64,000 nucleotides of DNA from positions 128,001 through 192,000 of the forward strand of contig CAWCKY010000001.1 of assembly GCA_963796275.1 (NCBI GenBank), given 5' to 3'. Position numbers and translations under genes: made by a program. This document shows, in pieces, positions 54,129 through 64,000 of the stretch (the stretch's first letter is position 1; every line of letters begins with the position of its first letter). This stretch comes from an uncultured Acidobacteriota bacterium (GTDB taxonomy: Bacteria; Acidobacteriota; Blastocatellia; RBC074). The notes under the pieces are model-generated. The model had not been told where the DNA came from. It made no database searches and worked only from the letters and a program-made list of their open reading frames with translations.

Positions 54129-54377
54129 ATTCCCGAGTTTTGGCCTTGTAAAACCGCTGACAAGCAGTACAATTTCGAGCGATTCAGAACCGACAAAGAG
54201 TTTCCCGATGAGAATATTAGCCAGAGTGCTGTCCAGGTTGCAGCATAGCGCCGAACTCTGGCGTTGAGTCGTGAATTCCAGGCAACCCCGACTCGCCATC
54301 GAGATGCGCGCGCATGGTTTCTAAACGGCAGGTACGTTGCAAGCTATCTACCTCTCTGACAATTTGGAGGCAATCGC

Positions 54378-55760
54378 ATGAAAACTTTCCCCACGATCAT
54401 GATTTCCCTTCTTCTTTTGGCAGCGAGTGCCATTGCTGCTAGGTACGAGAGCCCGATTGCAGATTCAACAGCAGTTGAGAGAACACAAGAACCTGGCAGC
54501 TACGGTGTTGGTCTTCAATTATCACAAACAAGTAAAACCACTACGTGGAGGTACACGATTACCAGAGCCACCAAGAATACGAAGGACCTCGGCCATTTTA
54601 TCGTTAATTTCGGTAATTGCGGGGATCAGAGTCCCACCATAACTAACATTGTATCCGCCACCGTCAATGGGGTTGAATGGTTAGGTAGAATCGCGTCTTC
54701 TGAAGGTAACACGGGTTGCGATGTCGGCTCTGGGAATTTCGTGAAATTCGATAACCTTCCCGCCGCTGATACCTATGTAATCGAGTTCACCCTGGATGAC
54801 ATTTTTCCTCAAGTTGAGACGATAGGCTGGCTAAAAAGCGGAAGATCTTGCTTTAGAAAAGCACTCCCGGGCCCCGGGTGCAAAGGCTATACGCGTACTT
54901 CAGCCATGGAAGCGGATGTATCACTGGTGGGCAAACTTCACAGCGATATCAACACCTATATGAGAAGCTTCGGCTTCGATTACACAGAGCATCCTAATTG
55001 CAATGGAGGTTTCGGGGGCGATATAGATGGTGTCCACGGCGCTGTTGATTTTGATTCCTTTATCAATAGATATGTTTTTCGTTTTGACATCCACATCGAT
55101 CCGGTAATAGACGGAGACCGTTGCAGCTCCGGCACCGTAGACCGCCAGCGCAATGAGATGAAATCGAGAACCGACAATTCAACGTGGGCTAAAGTCCAGG
55201 GAAATTGGGATGAATGGCAGATCTTAGAATGGAAATTCAAATTGCCGAAAGGTTTTCAACCCACGTCCAACTTTTGTCATATTCATCAGATAAAAGCTCA
55301 GGACGGCCCAAATAACGGCGCTCCGGTGATAACGATTACTCCACGAGCGAATAGCTCTGGATCGAACAAGAGAATTCAGATTATCCATTCGATCGATGGA
55401 GCGGATACAGGTAAAGGAACGATCGTGGACAATATCCCATTGTCTGATTTTGAGGACGAATGGGTGCAGGTTCGTGAGGAAGTCCATTATACGCATGATG
55501 GTTTTTACTCGGCCAAAGTCACTCGCATCCGTGATGGAAAAGTCCTGATAGATTTTAAAGACGAGCACATTGATATGTGGCCCAGCGGGAGCTCATATCT
55601 ACGAAGCAAATTCGGTATATACCGCAGTCTTTCTGGTGGAAGGCTAAATCAGGATCCAGTTGGTCAGAATCCGTTGTTAAAAAACGAATCACTCTGGATA
55701 ACGGATTTCAGAGTATTTGAGAAGAATTCAAATCCGAATCCAGGTCTGCCGCACGACTGA
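54378..55760 (+). CDS. Secreted polysaccharide-lyase-like (beta-jelly-roll) protein with an extra N-terminal domain
   Basis: Signal peptide; DRQRNEMK, WKFKLPKGFQPTSNFCHIHQIK and SKFGIYRSL resemble the RxE, QI and KxGxY lyase motifs. Confidence 0.65.
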   Translation: MKTFPTIMISLLLLAASAIAARYESPIADSTAVERTQEPGSYGVGLQLSQTSKTTTWRYTITRATKNTKDLGHFIVNFGNCGDQSPTITNIVSATVNGVEWLGRIASSEGNTGCDVGSGNFVKFDNLPAADTYVIEFTLDDIFPQVETIGWLKSGRSCFRKALPGPGCKGYTRTSAMEADVSLVGKLHSDINTYMRSFGFDYTEHPNCNGGFGGDIDGVHGAVDFDSFINRYVFRFDIHIDPVIDGDRCSSGTVDRQRNEMKSRTDNSTWAKVQGNWDEWQILEWKFKLPKGFQPTSNFCHIHQIKAQDGPNNGAPVITITPRANSSGSNKRIQIIHSIDGADTGKGTIVDNIPLSDFEDEWVQVREEVHYTHDGFYSAKVTRIRDGKVLIDFKDEHIDMWPSGSSYLRSKFGIYRSLSGGRLNQDPVGQNPLLKNESLWITDFRVFEKNSNPNPGLPHD

Positions 55761-56094
55761 GAAAATGTCATTTCGTCGGTTTTTAGAAAACCTTGTCATC
55801 CGTTGAGGCAATTTCTTGAACGACAACGAGCAGTAACCCATCATCGTTTTTCTCGACGGCTATCGATATCTAAGTTTAATTGAGAAGCGCCGATTTCTGA
55901 GGCTTCTCCCGGCCAGCATGGTACAATCCCTGCCCGCCACATCCTTTTGCTTCAAGTTGTATGCATCTGCGTATGAGAGAGCCTGAGTGAACAGATGTAC
56001 CGTTTAACTCGTCCTAAACCGGGTAGTCATTTTATCTTCAAGATAAATGAAGACTATGCAAATAAAAGTTAATTGGAATCAGCATTTTCGGACC

Positions 56095-56249
56095 TGAGCG
56101 CCAGAGGCGCGGAATGTTTATAGTATTCGATCACCAAAGTTCTCACGAGCTCCGGAGGAGAGACAGGTAGGCATTCATATGTCGCTCCTCCGGAGCTCAG
56201 GTTATGTTTAGGATCGTGAGCTGTAGACATTACGCGCCTCCGGCGCTGA
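56095..56249. repeat. Nested REP/REPIN-like inverted-repeat element
   Basis: Outer arms tgagcgccagaggcgcggaatgtttatag / ctgtagacattacgcgcctccggcgctga; inner arms gagctccggaggagagaca / tgtcgctcctccggagctc. Confidence 0.75.
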
Positions 56250-56370
56250 GATGCGAGACTACTATTGATTCTGTTGGATTTTAATTTGCACACGCTTCAG
56301 ATAAATCGTTCAAGACATTGAAGCCAGCCTGATATTCCGGCTTCATCCAACCGCCAGTCGGAGAAAACAT

Positions 56371-58224
56371 ATGAAGACCAGAAAATCTTTTGAGATTGTC
56401 ATTATCCCGATTCTATTAGCATCTATTGCCAGCCCCTTTTGGCAATTCCATAAGAAGGTAGATGTTAAGGTTTGGGTAACAACTGACAATCAAGACCGGA
56501 AGCTTGAACCGCAGCCAGATCTTTATTTTTCAGAAGGCCATCGTACTAATGCCAACACAATCTTGGTAGACGAATCTCAACGATATCAACTGATTGAGGG
56601 GTTTGGCGCATCTATCACGGATTCCGCCGCTTATCTCTTAAATCAAAAAGTCCCGAGCTCCCAATTAATTTCCGTAATGACCAGCTTATTCGATCGCACT
56701 AATGGGATCGGGATCAGCTTCGTCCGCAATCCGATGGGGGCTTCAGATCTGGCGCGATTCATTTATTCCTATCATGACTCGAATCCCGGCCAGCCAGACT
56801 CTCCGGTACTGACCGACTTTTCGATTACACATGATCTGGTCGATATTGTCCCGCTGGTTAGATTGGCTAAACAGATAAATCCACAGCTCAAAATCATGGC
56901 AAGTCCCTGGAGTCCGCCGGGTTGGATGAAGACATCCGGTTCGATGATTGGCGGATCGTTGCGACCGCCAGCTTACAGCGCGTTCGCCGATTACTTCGTG
57001 CAATTCATAAAAGCTTACGCTGCTGAAGGAATACCTATCGACTATATCTCATTGCAGAACGAGCCACTATTCGTTCCGGGTGATTATCCCGGGATGTCCA
57101 TGGACCCGGGGACCCAGATTATTGTGCTGAGAGATTATGTGTTGCCTGCGTTATCGGCGAACAATCTCGATACCAAGGTTCTGGTATATGATCATAACTG
57201 GGATCGGTCGGATTATCCTGACGCCGTTCTCTCCGATCCAATTCTAAAAAACACTGCTCAAATTGCCGGTATCGCCTGGCACGGTTATGGTGGTACGCCA
57301 GGAGTAATGACTACATTGCGCAATAAGTACCCTGACAAAGGGAACTATCAGACCGAGCATTCAGGCGGAACCTGGATTTCCAATCAGACAAATGCGGATT
57401 TTGAAGAGATAACTCAAGTCATGCGCAATTGGGGAAAGGCATACGTAAAGTGGGGCCTGGCCCTGGATGAAAACCGCGGCCCTCACAGCGGAGGTTGCGG
57501 AATCTGTAGCCCCTTAGTGACGGTGAACTCATCCACGGGTGCAGTTCGGTACGAAATTGACTACTATACTCTTGGCCACTTCAGCAAATTCATTTTACCC
57601 GGGGCCCACCGAATATATTCGAGCAATGCCGAAGGTTTTGTAAGCGCAGCTTTTAAGAATCCTGATGGCACTAACGTACTCGTCGTCTATAACGATTCCA
57701 CAAGCTCAAGGGCTATTCAGGTAGCCTGGGGCAGCCGGTTCTTTACTTACTATTTCCAGGGCCTATCAGGCGCAACTTTCACCTGGGATGGCATTCAAGA
57801 CCGTGGGTATTCAGTAGAAGCCACATCTCGACCGATCCAGGCGTCCAACTTTAGCGATACATCTGGTTTGCAGACTGAAGTTACCGCAGATCTGAATGGC
57901 GGGTATAACTTGGGGTATATAGATGATGGCGACTGGGCTATGTACAGAAATATTGATTTCGGCTCCGGCGTCAGATATGTACAAGTTCGAGTGGCCAGTG
58001 CCGGGAACGGTGGCACATTGGAGTTTCATTTAAACGGACCAGATGGGCCGCTAATCGGCTCAGTGACTATCCCAGTTACCGGTGGATGGCAGAACTGGAC
58101 CACTCTCTCGACCACCATTTCGAAGGCGCAGGGAATAAACGACCTTTACCTTGTCTTTAAGGGGTCGAGTGACATCGGAAATATCAACTGGTTTCATTTT
58201 ACGAACGGCGGGCGACTTCCGTGA
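56371..58224 (+). CDS. GH30 glycoside hydrolase (probable endo-beta-1,6-glucanase type) + CBM6
   Basis: YQLIEGFGASITD, RNPMGASD, ASPWSPPGWMK, LQNEP (acid/base), YDHNWD, QTEHSGG (nucleophile); C-terminal GYIDDGDWAMY..TGGWQNW..NINWF. Confidence 0.9.
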   Translation: MKTRKSFEIVIIPILLASIASPFWQFHKKVDVKVWVTTDNQDRKLEPQPDLYFSEGHRTNANTILVDESQRYQLIEGFGASITDSAAYLLNQKVPSSQLISVMTSLFDRTNGIGISFVRNPMGASDLARFIYSYHDSNPGQPDSPVLTDFSITHDLVDIVPLVRLAKQINPQLKIMASPWSPPGWMKTSGSMIGGSLRPPAYSAFADYFVQFIKAYAAEGIPIDYISLQNEPLFVPGDYPGMSMDPGTQIIVLRDYVLPALSANNLDTKVLVYDHNWDRSDYPDAVLSDPILKNTAQIAGIAWHGYGGTPGVMTTLRNKYPDKGNYQTEHSGGTWISNQTNADFEEITQVMRNWGKAYVKWGLALDENRGPHSGGCGICSPLVTVNSSTGAVRYEIDYYTLGHFSKFILPGAHRIYSSNAEGFVSAAFKNPDGTNVLVVYNDSTSSRAIQVAWGSRFFTYYFQGLSGATFTWDGIQDRGYSVEATSRPIQASNFSDTSGLQTEVTADLNGGYNLGYIDDGDWAMYRNIDFGSGVRYVQVRVASAGNGGTLEFHLNGPDGPLIGSVTIPVTGGWQNWTTLSTTISKAQGINDLYLVFKGSSDIGNINWFHFTNGGRLP

Positions 58225-58441
58225 ACGAGTTATTAAACGGCGCATCATAGTGGAAGTTGTGAATGTCAGAGTATCGTAGCACAGCTCTTTTCGATTGGAT
58301 CAACAAGTTGCCTGTTGGCGGTGCCCCTCTAGAGCAAGTTTCACATGAATCAGCATATGCTGGGATTGCGAAACCTCTCAAAAAAATTGGGCGAGCGCCG
58401 CCGCTCGCCCGAGGAGGATTTAAACTGCCGATAAATCCACC

Positions 58442-59611
58442 TCAGCAGCCGTCTGGGCCCACTGAAGTGGCGCCAATGAACGCTTTGAAGAGATTGTAGA
58501 TGCTGATGCGGCTCTGTACTTGTGCGGGATTGCCGCCGTTGCATTCCAACGCACCGTTGATAGAGCGGATCGTGCACCCGAAGCCGTTATTGCCGATAAT
58601 GCAATTATGCGCGGACACAGTTCCCGGACCGCTCTGTGTCATCCAGTACCACAAGGCCGTTCTCCAGGCGATTGTCGGATTCTGCTCCACCTGGTTCGGG
58701 TTCGCCCACAGGTCAAGCCCGAGCGCTTGGCCTGCACTGCAGTAGTTGAAGTTCCAGCTCAACTGGATTGGGCCGCGGCCATAATAACTCTGACCCGGGG
58801 CACAAACGCCGCACGGCGTTGCGCTGTTGGAACAATAAGGGCCGCGCGCGATTTCTGTGATGTGAACCAGGCCTCCCGTTTCGTGCGCGAAGTTAGCAAG
58901 CGCCGCGGCGGCTTCGCGCCTCCGCATAGCCAGATCTCCCGTTCCCGAAAACGCGGGAAAGGTCGCAGCCGCCGACACCAGGCCCTGGTAGGTATAGAAC
59001 GGATTGCGATTTGGGAACATCTGGTTGAACTGCGTCTCACTGACAACTGCTGTGAATCCGTTGCCCGGATTCGGATTGGGCCCCGGCGAATTACACGGAC
59101 CGATCGGCTTCCATGGGCCATCTGCGGGTGAACTGGTCGCCGGATCCACATTCTGATTCCACCACTTGGCTTCGTAAATAACGCCATTACGGCTCGCTTG
59201 CATTCCACCCGTATATATTGAGCCTGGACTCCAAGCCGAGATTCCGCTGCATCCTCCCGGATTCGGGTTGGGTGTAGGTGTGGGGGTGGGGGTGGGATTG
59301 GGGGTTGGTGTTGGCCCGGGTGTGGGCGTGGGCGTTGGCCCTCCAGAACAGGTGCCACCTGGACTCCACAAGCTTGGAGCCGCGACCGGATTCCAGCCGG
59401 CGCCGACATGCGCGGTGTGAGTGACGAGGGCGGTGTAGACATTACCATTATATGTAACGCTTTGCCCCGCATTATATGTATTCCCTTCCGCCCAAGCACC
59501 GCGACATGAGCCCTGGGCTGTGGCGCTATCTATAGCCTGGAATACCAGTACGCCGATGATGAGCAAAGATGCGCAAAGCACTATTAGCCATCTTGCATTT
59601 TGACGCTGCAT
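58442..59611 (-). CDS. GH19 chitinase with two CBM5/12-type chitin-binding domains and a PT linker
   Basis: Signal peptide; AWAEGNTYNAGQSVTYNG and AWSPGSIYTGG..YEAKWW; (PT)n; LANFAHETGG, YYGRGPIQLSWNFNY, TIRSINGALEC. Confidence 0.92.
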   Translation of the reverse strand: MQRQNARWLIVLCASLLIIGVLVFQAIDSATAQGSCRGAWAEGNTYNAGQSVTYNGNVYTALVTHTAHVGAGWNPVAAPSLWSPGGTCSGGPTPTPTPGPTPTPNPTPTPTPTPNPNPGGCSGISAWSPGSIYTGGMQASRNGVIYEAKWWNQNVDPATSSPADGPWKPIGPCNSPGPNPNPGNGFTAVVSETQFNQMFPNRNPFYTYQGLVSAAATFPAFSGTGDLAMRRREAAAALANFAHETGGLVHITEIARGPYCSNSATPCGVCAPGQSYYGRGPIQLSWNFNYCSAGQALGLDLWANPNQVEQNPTIAWRTALWYWMTQSGPGTVSAHNCIIGNNGFGCTIRSINGALECNGGNPAQVQSRISIYNLFKAFIGATSVGPDGC

Positions 59612-60154
59612 CTTAGGTCCCTCCTGATAGTTAAACAGAGTTTGCTGTAATACTAAAGAATCAGAATCAGATATCACTAAGCCGGATAACAATTTGAGTA
59701 GTTATTATTAGCATTGCTCGGTTCTAACGCCCCTCGGATCTTGCAGATAGCAGTATTCTCCCCACTTATGACAAAACACCTGCTGACATGTATGCCCAAT
59801 CGAGGAAATGAAGTTCGCGAGGAATACTAATTTTAATTTTTGACAATAAAAAATGTATTAGATCAAAGGTTGGTGAAAAGTATCGAGGGTAATCTGAATT
59901 GTCAACGATATAACGGTTAGTGAGCGGTTAGTTAACTGCATTAACTTTGTTAGTATGATTCGTTAACCGTGCGATCACTAGCAGTTGGTTTATGATAGCT
60001 ATGGGGCAACTGCTGCCGTGGATTGAGGCGAGCGATAAGTTTCTGGCCTATGTCGATCTTGCCGCGGATCGAGACGATGGGGTCAATGTTCGACGAGCAG
60101 CCTTTGGGATTGGGATTCAAGATTGAAGGGGCCGGTGATAGAGGCGTTCATCGC

Positions 60155-62089
60155 TCATATTTGAGGAATTCTTCTACCTTCGACCAGCAATGTCAGAGAG
60201 GACCCCTGCTTACCCGAACGGTAAATCCGCTGAATTGCCTTTTGAAAATCTTCCGGCTTTGCCTTAGGAATATCAATAAACTTCTGCGGGTTGCGATCAA
60301 CCAGCGGGAACCATGAGCTTTGCAGTTGGACCATTACTCTATGTCCCTTCCGAAAGGTGTGATAGACATCGGGCATCTCGTACCCGATCGATGTCGGTTG
60401 GTTCGGGACCATGGGTTCGGGCTGTTCGAAGCTTCTTCGGAACTTGGCCCTGAACGGCTCGCCGCGAACCAGTTGCTGATAGCCACCCATTCTCACGTAA
60501 TTCGATGGCAAGGACTGACCCGCTGCCAGGGTTGGAGTCCGGTCTTCAGGGTAATCGCCCGGATAGACATCAATCAGTTTTACGACAAAGTCTGAATCGG
60601 TTCCACTGGTCGATACATTCAAGCTGACCTTGATAGGGCCGGCAATTGTTAAATCTTCTTCCAGCGGATCGGTTCGATAAACGAGTACGTCGGTGCGCTG
60701 CGATGCAAAGCGCTGGTCTTCAGTCATATAGTCTGAAGTCATCCCGCGGACAATGTAACTCAGGTAAGGGACCGGGCGATTTGGATCGCTGACATATTCA
60801 TCAAATGCATCCCGTCCATTCTGCGGAGACACTTCTGCACCCATCCTTCCATCAGCCTGAAAGTATAATGTCAGAGGCTTCGCATCTTTCGGCGGCCATG
60901 CAGTGTGGGGACGCCATTCATTGATGCCTGTCAGGTACATTGAAGCTTCCGGCAGGTTGGCAGGCTTATCCTTGAGATACTGCATAAAAAATGGAAATTG
61001 TATCTGTTCACGAAAGTGTACGCCGGTCTTGACGCCGAAACCGATGTTGCCCAGCCTATCGCCGTCTCCCCTCGCCCACCCGCCGTGAGCCCAGGGGCCC
61101 ATCACCAGCATATTAGTTATCCCCTGGTTCTCTTTCTCGACTGCGCGGTAAATATGAAACGGTCCCACCGGATCTTCCGCATCGTACCATCCGCCGACAT
61201 TGAGCACCGCGCAGTTTATATTTTTCATGAATTTCCAAAGCGAACGGGCTTTCCAGAAATTGTCATAATTCGGGTGATCGACGATCTCCTGCCAGTACCG
61301 CGCCTCGCCGTTGAACAGTTTTTGATTCACCTCTGCGAGCGGGCCGAGGTTGAGGAAGAATTCATAGCCGTCTGGTGTGCGGGGATCGAAAGGCACGCTG
61401 GGTTGCGGGGGGTGCGGGGCGGCGCCGCGTGGGCGGAATCCGGAGTAGAACCAGAAGTTCGCGGCTAGCATGAACGCGCCGTTATGATAGACGTCATCGC
61501 CCATATAGTAATCGGCCGTCGGAGCTTGAGGCGAGGCGCATTTTAAGGCCGGATGAGAATCAATGATGCTCGCCGCTACGTGAAACCCTGGTTGTGAGAT
61601 GCCGATCATTCCTACGCGGCCGTTATGATTCGGGATGTTCTTGAGCAGCCATTCAACGGTGTCGTATGTGTCGGTGCTCTCATCGATATCCTGTGGACTG
61701 CGTTTTTGCGGCACATAGGGGCGCACCTGCTGAAACCCTCCCTCCGACATATACCTCCCGCGCGCATCTTGATTGACGAAAATGAAACCTTCCTTCTCAA
61801 ACAGGTCGGTAAGCTCTCGACGCTCAGGGTACTGGTCAACGCCATAAGGCCCGACACCGTAGGGCGTACGTCTGAGCAGAAAAGGGAATTTTTGTGACGT
61901 ATCTTTAGGGACGTAAATAATCGTGAACAACCTGACGCCATCGCGCATTGGAATCAGGTATTCATACTTTGTGTAGCGCTCTCTAAAAGGATTAAGGTTT
62001 TGAGACTCTGTTACGGACTGAAACGTCAGTAACGGCGAGATGAATACAAAGAGATAGGTGAACCGTTTTATCCAATTAGCTCTTGTCAC
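60155..62089 (-). CDS. CocE/NonD family hydrolase (alpha-amino-acid ester hydrolase / glutaryl-7-ACA acylase-like)
   Basis: IPMRDGVRLFT, RTPY, QDARGRYMSEG, DTYDTVEWL, GISQPG nucleophile elbow, GGWYDAED, GPWAHG and SSWFPLVDRNPQ. Confidence 0.9.
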   Translation of the reverse strand: MTRANWIKRFTYLFVFISPLLTFQSVTESQNLNPFRERYTKYEYLIPMRDGVRLFTIIYVPKDTSQKFPFLLRRTPYGVGPYGVDQYPERRELTDLFEKEGFIFVNQDARGRYMSEGGFQQVRPYVPQKRSPQDIDESTDTYDTVEWLLKNIPNHNGRVGMIGISQPGFHVAASIIDSHPALKCASPQAPTADYYMGDDVYHNGAFMLAANFWFYSGFRPRGAAPHPPQPSVPFDPRTPDGYEFFLNLGPLAEVNQKLFNGEARYWQEIVDHPNYDNFWKARSLWKFMKNINCAVLNVGGWYDAEDPVGPFHIYRAVEKENQGITNMLVMGPWAHGGWARGDGDRLGNIGFGVKTGVHFREQIQFPFFMQYLKDKPANLPEASMYLTGINEWRPHTAWPPKDAKPLTLYFQADGRMGAEVSPQNGRDAFDEYVSDPNRPVPYLSYIVRGMTSDYMTEDQRFASQRTDVLVYRTDPLEEDLTIAGPIKVSLNVSTSGTDSDFVVKLIDVYPGDYPEDRTPTLAAGQSLPSNYVRMGGYQQLVRGEPFRAKFRRSFEQPEPMVPNQPTSIGYEMPDVYHTFRKGHRVMVQLQSSWFPLVDRNPQKFIDIPKAKPEDFQKAIQRIYRSGKQGSSLTLLVEGRRIPQI

Positions 62090-62216
62090 ACGGCCTCCTT
62101 CAACGGCGATTCAAAATTGGGTAATTATTGACCTTCAGGCAATCGGTGTTACAAAGATTGCCTGCTTTGCTTCCGCCGCGTAGCGGCGCTAAGAATGTAG
62201 CCCTACGTTTATGGTC

Positions 62217-62358
62217 TTTGAAAAATAGATGCAACCACGTCAACCAGCGTAAGGGCAGACCTGTGTGTCTGCCCGGGTTCACGGATATGCCGCCCAGGGG
62301 GCAGACACATAGGTAACACATAGGTCTGCCCCTACGTGGTTGCTATATTTTTTTCAAA
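62217..62358. repeat. REP doublet (GTAGGGGCAGACC-type) within a long inverted repeat
   Basis: cgtaagggcagacctgtgtgtctgccc ... gggcagacacataggt(aacacataggt)ctgcccctacg, flanked by tttgaaaaatagatgcaaccacgt / acgtggttgctatatttttttcaaa. Confidence 0.75.
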
Positions 62359-62822
62359 AGAACATCAACGCCGGGTAGGTATTAGCATGTAGGCGTTAAG
62401 CATTTAACCTAAATGTCAATAACTGAAACGTGTGCGAATTAAAGCTGATTGTTCTCAGTGATGTCTAGAACACTTTGTTATCAAGTTGTTATAAAGGTCT
62501 ACTCATCTGAGGCGCAGTGGAGCGTATCGGACTAACTACTGCCTCGGTTAACCTCCGCCCGGTGGAACATGACGTGAGACAGTCTGATTGAAGGTCGATC
62601 TGCTGTCAATCATCACTGTCTCAGTCCGGTTTGTATTCGTATTGGGTGATGTGCCATACGTTGAGGCGATCACATTCGCGCCGCTGATCTAAGCGTTCCT
62701 TCGGAAATCCGCCATCAATATCTATCTAAATCCGCTTGCCATTGCGCCATTTGCGCCTCTAGGGTAAATTGCCCCTGATATTCCACAAAAAATCCATAAG
62801 AGAATGAGTGCTCGGAGTCTGT

Positions 62823-64000
62823 ATGCAGCGTTCCGTACGTTTAACAATACTGCTGTTGATGCTCGGATCTGGCGCGATTCCCTGGTTGCATGCAGCCAAC
62901 CCCAATGATGCCGGCTCGATACCGACATTCAGCCAGAAACCAAAGCAATTCACAGTTAAGGACGAACCCAACGATGCCGATCTGGCTCGCAGATTCACGA
63001 ACACGATCCGTCCATTCCTGACCGCGTATTGCACGGGTTGCCATAGCGGCCCCACGCCCCAAGCCAGCTTCGATCTGCAACGCTATCAGACGGTGGAATC
63101 GGTGGTTGATGACTTCGCTCATTGGGCGCTCGTGCTGGGCAAGCTCACGGCGCAGGAGATGCCGCCACAGGGAATGAAGCAGCCGCCGGAAGACCTGCGC
63201 CAACAGGTGATCGATTGGATTAAGGCCGTGCGGAAGAACGAGGCGCGCAAAAATCCCGGCGATCCGGGGCCCGTGCTGGCCCGGCGGCTCAGCAATGCCG
63301 AATACAACTACACTATCCGCGATCTGACGGGAGTGGACCTGCGTCCGGCGCGTGAGTTCCCCGTAGATCCGGCGAATCAGGCCGGTTTCGACAACTCGGG
63401 CGAGTCGCTCACGATATCGCCTTCGTTGATGTCGAAGTATCTGGACGCGGCACGAAAGGTTGCGGATCACCTCGTCCTCAAACCTGATGGATTTTCGTTT
63501 GCCCCCTTTCCTATGCTGGTTGAAACCGACCGCGATAAATACCCGATCAACCGGATTGTCGAATTTTATGACCGCCAGCCAACCGATTTCGCGCAGTATT
63601 TTGAAGCCGCGTGGCTCTACAAGCATCGAACCGCGTTAAGGCGCCGCTCGACGACTCTCGCGAGCATTGCGGCGCAGGCAAAGGTGTCACCCAGATATCT
63701 GGCCCTGATCTGGAAGATGCTGGAACAGTCCAGGGAGGAGGTCGGCCCACTCGTCAAGCTTCAGGCAATGTGGCGCGATCTGCCGGCCCCGCGTGACAAT
63801 CAGCCCGATATCGCCCATCAGGGCTGCCTGCAGATGCGGGACTTCGTCGTTAAAATCCGCCGGCACACGGAGAGGCTCTTCACCAAACTGGAGGCGCCGG
63901 GTTTCAACGTAAATTTTCAGCCGATCACAATGTTCAGGAACCGGCAACTAGCGGCTCACCGACGGGATTTCGACCCTTCAGCGTTGCGCGTCGAAGGCGA
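62823..64000 (+). CDS. Planctomycete-type cytochrome c + DUF1587 protein (DUF1592/1588 family), runs off window
   Basis: Absent from the ORF track. My translation gives MQRSVRLTILLLMLG.. signal, IRPFLTAYCTGCH (CxxCH), EMPP, RRLSNAEYNYTIRDLTG and FPVDPANQAGFDN. Confidence 0.85.
   Translation, partial: MQRSVRLTILLLMLGSGAIPWLHAANPNDAGSIPTFSQKPKQFTVKDEPNDADLARRFTNTIRPFLTAYCTGCHSGPTPQASFDLQRYQTVESVVDDFAHWALVLGKLTAQEMPPQGMKQPPEDLRQQVIDWIKAVRKNEARKNPGDPGPVLARRLSNAEYNYTIRDLTGVDLRPAREFPVDPANQAGFDNSGESLTISPSLMSKYLDAARKVADHLVLKPDGFSFAPFPMLVETDRDKYPINRIVEFYDRQPTDFAQYFEAAWLYKHRTALRRRSTTLASIAAQAKVSPRYLALIWKMLEQSREEVGPLVKLQAMWRDLPAPRDNQPDIAHQGCLQMRDFVVKIRRHTERLFTKLEAPGFNVNFQPITMFRNRQLAAHRRDFDPSALRVEG

Noticed and set aside
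59260-59345. GT-rich low-complexity tract
   Set aside because: Encodes the ordinary Pro-Thr linker of the chitinase.
62841-63626. 261-aa minus-strand ORF in the track
   Set aside because: Antisense to the real plus-strand cytochrome/DUF1587 gene starting at 62823.

Overview
Bacterial window, probably a soil Acidobacterium (inference from the Acidobacterial-type VWA, lmo0937, DUF1587-cytochrome and group 1h hydrogenase relics). It looks like a heavily rearranged accessory region. In order: (1) the 3' part of an outer-membrane-type protein; (2) a six-gene minus-strand DyP-peroxidase operon, including a disulfide-reductase homologue lacking both catalytic cysteines and a MetA/SphA-type channel; (3) small stress and membrane genes; (4) the best candidate for a new system, a tightly packed three-gene operon at 14208-18688. 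It encodes a very acidic 320-aa protein of ten 28-aa cassettes (constant ELE-xxx-AP leader-like motif, nine different tetrapeptides, invariant NHNE), a six-repeat TPR protein, and a winged-helix/RRE-like + M50 zinc protease + HlyD-type fusion, consistent with a multi-core peptide processing/export locus with no tailoring enzyme nearby; (5) a hybrid kinase with an AhpD-like N-terminus, a decayed group 1h [NiFe]-hydrogenase fragment and a CheB-CheR-PAS protein; (6) a ~22 kb stress-gene island (28.8-50.7 kb) with eight copies of a TGTCC-N6-GGACA palindrome, seven exactly 21 bp upstream of a -10-like hexamer (Crp/Fnr class II geometry), two Crp/Fnr genes and a frameshifted cyclic beta-1,2-glucan synthase; (7) secreted glycan-active enzymes (GxGYxYP, lyase-like, GH30-CBM6, GH19 chitinase), a CocE/NonD hydrolase and the start of a DUF1587-type cytochrome. 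No rRNA, tRNA, CRISPR array or intact transposase was recognised. All family assignments come from motif recognition by eye, not database searches.
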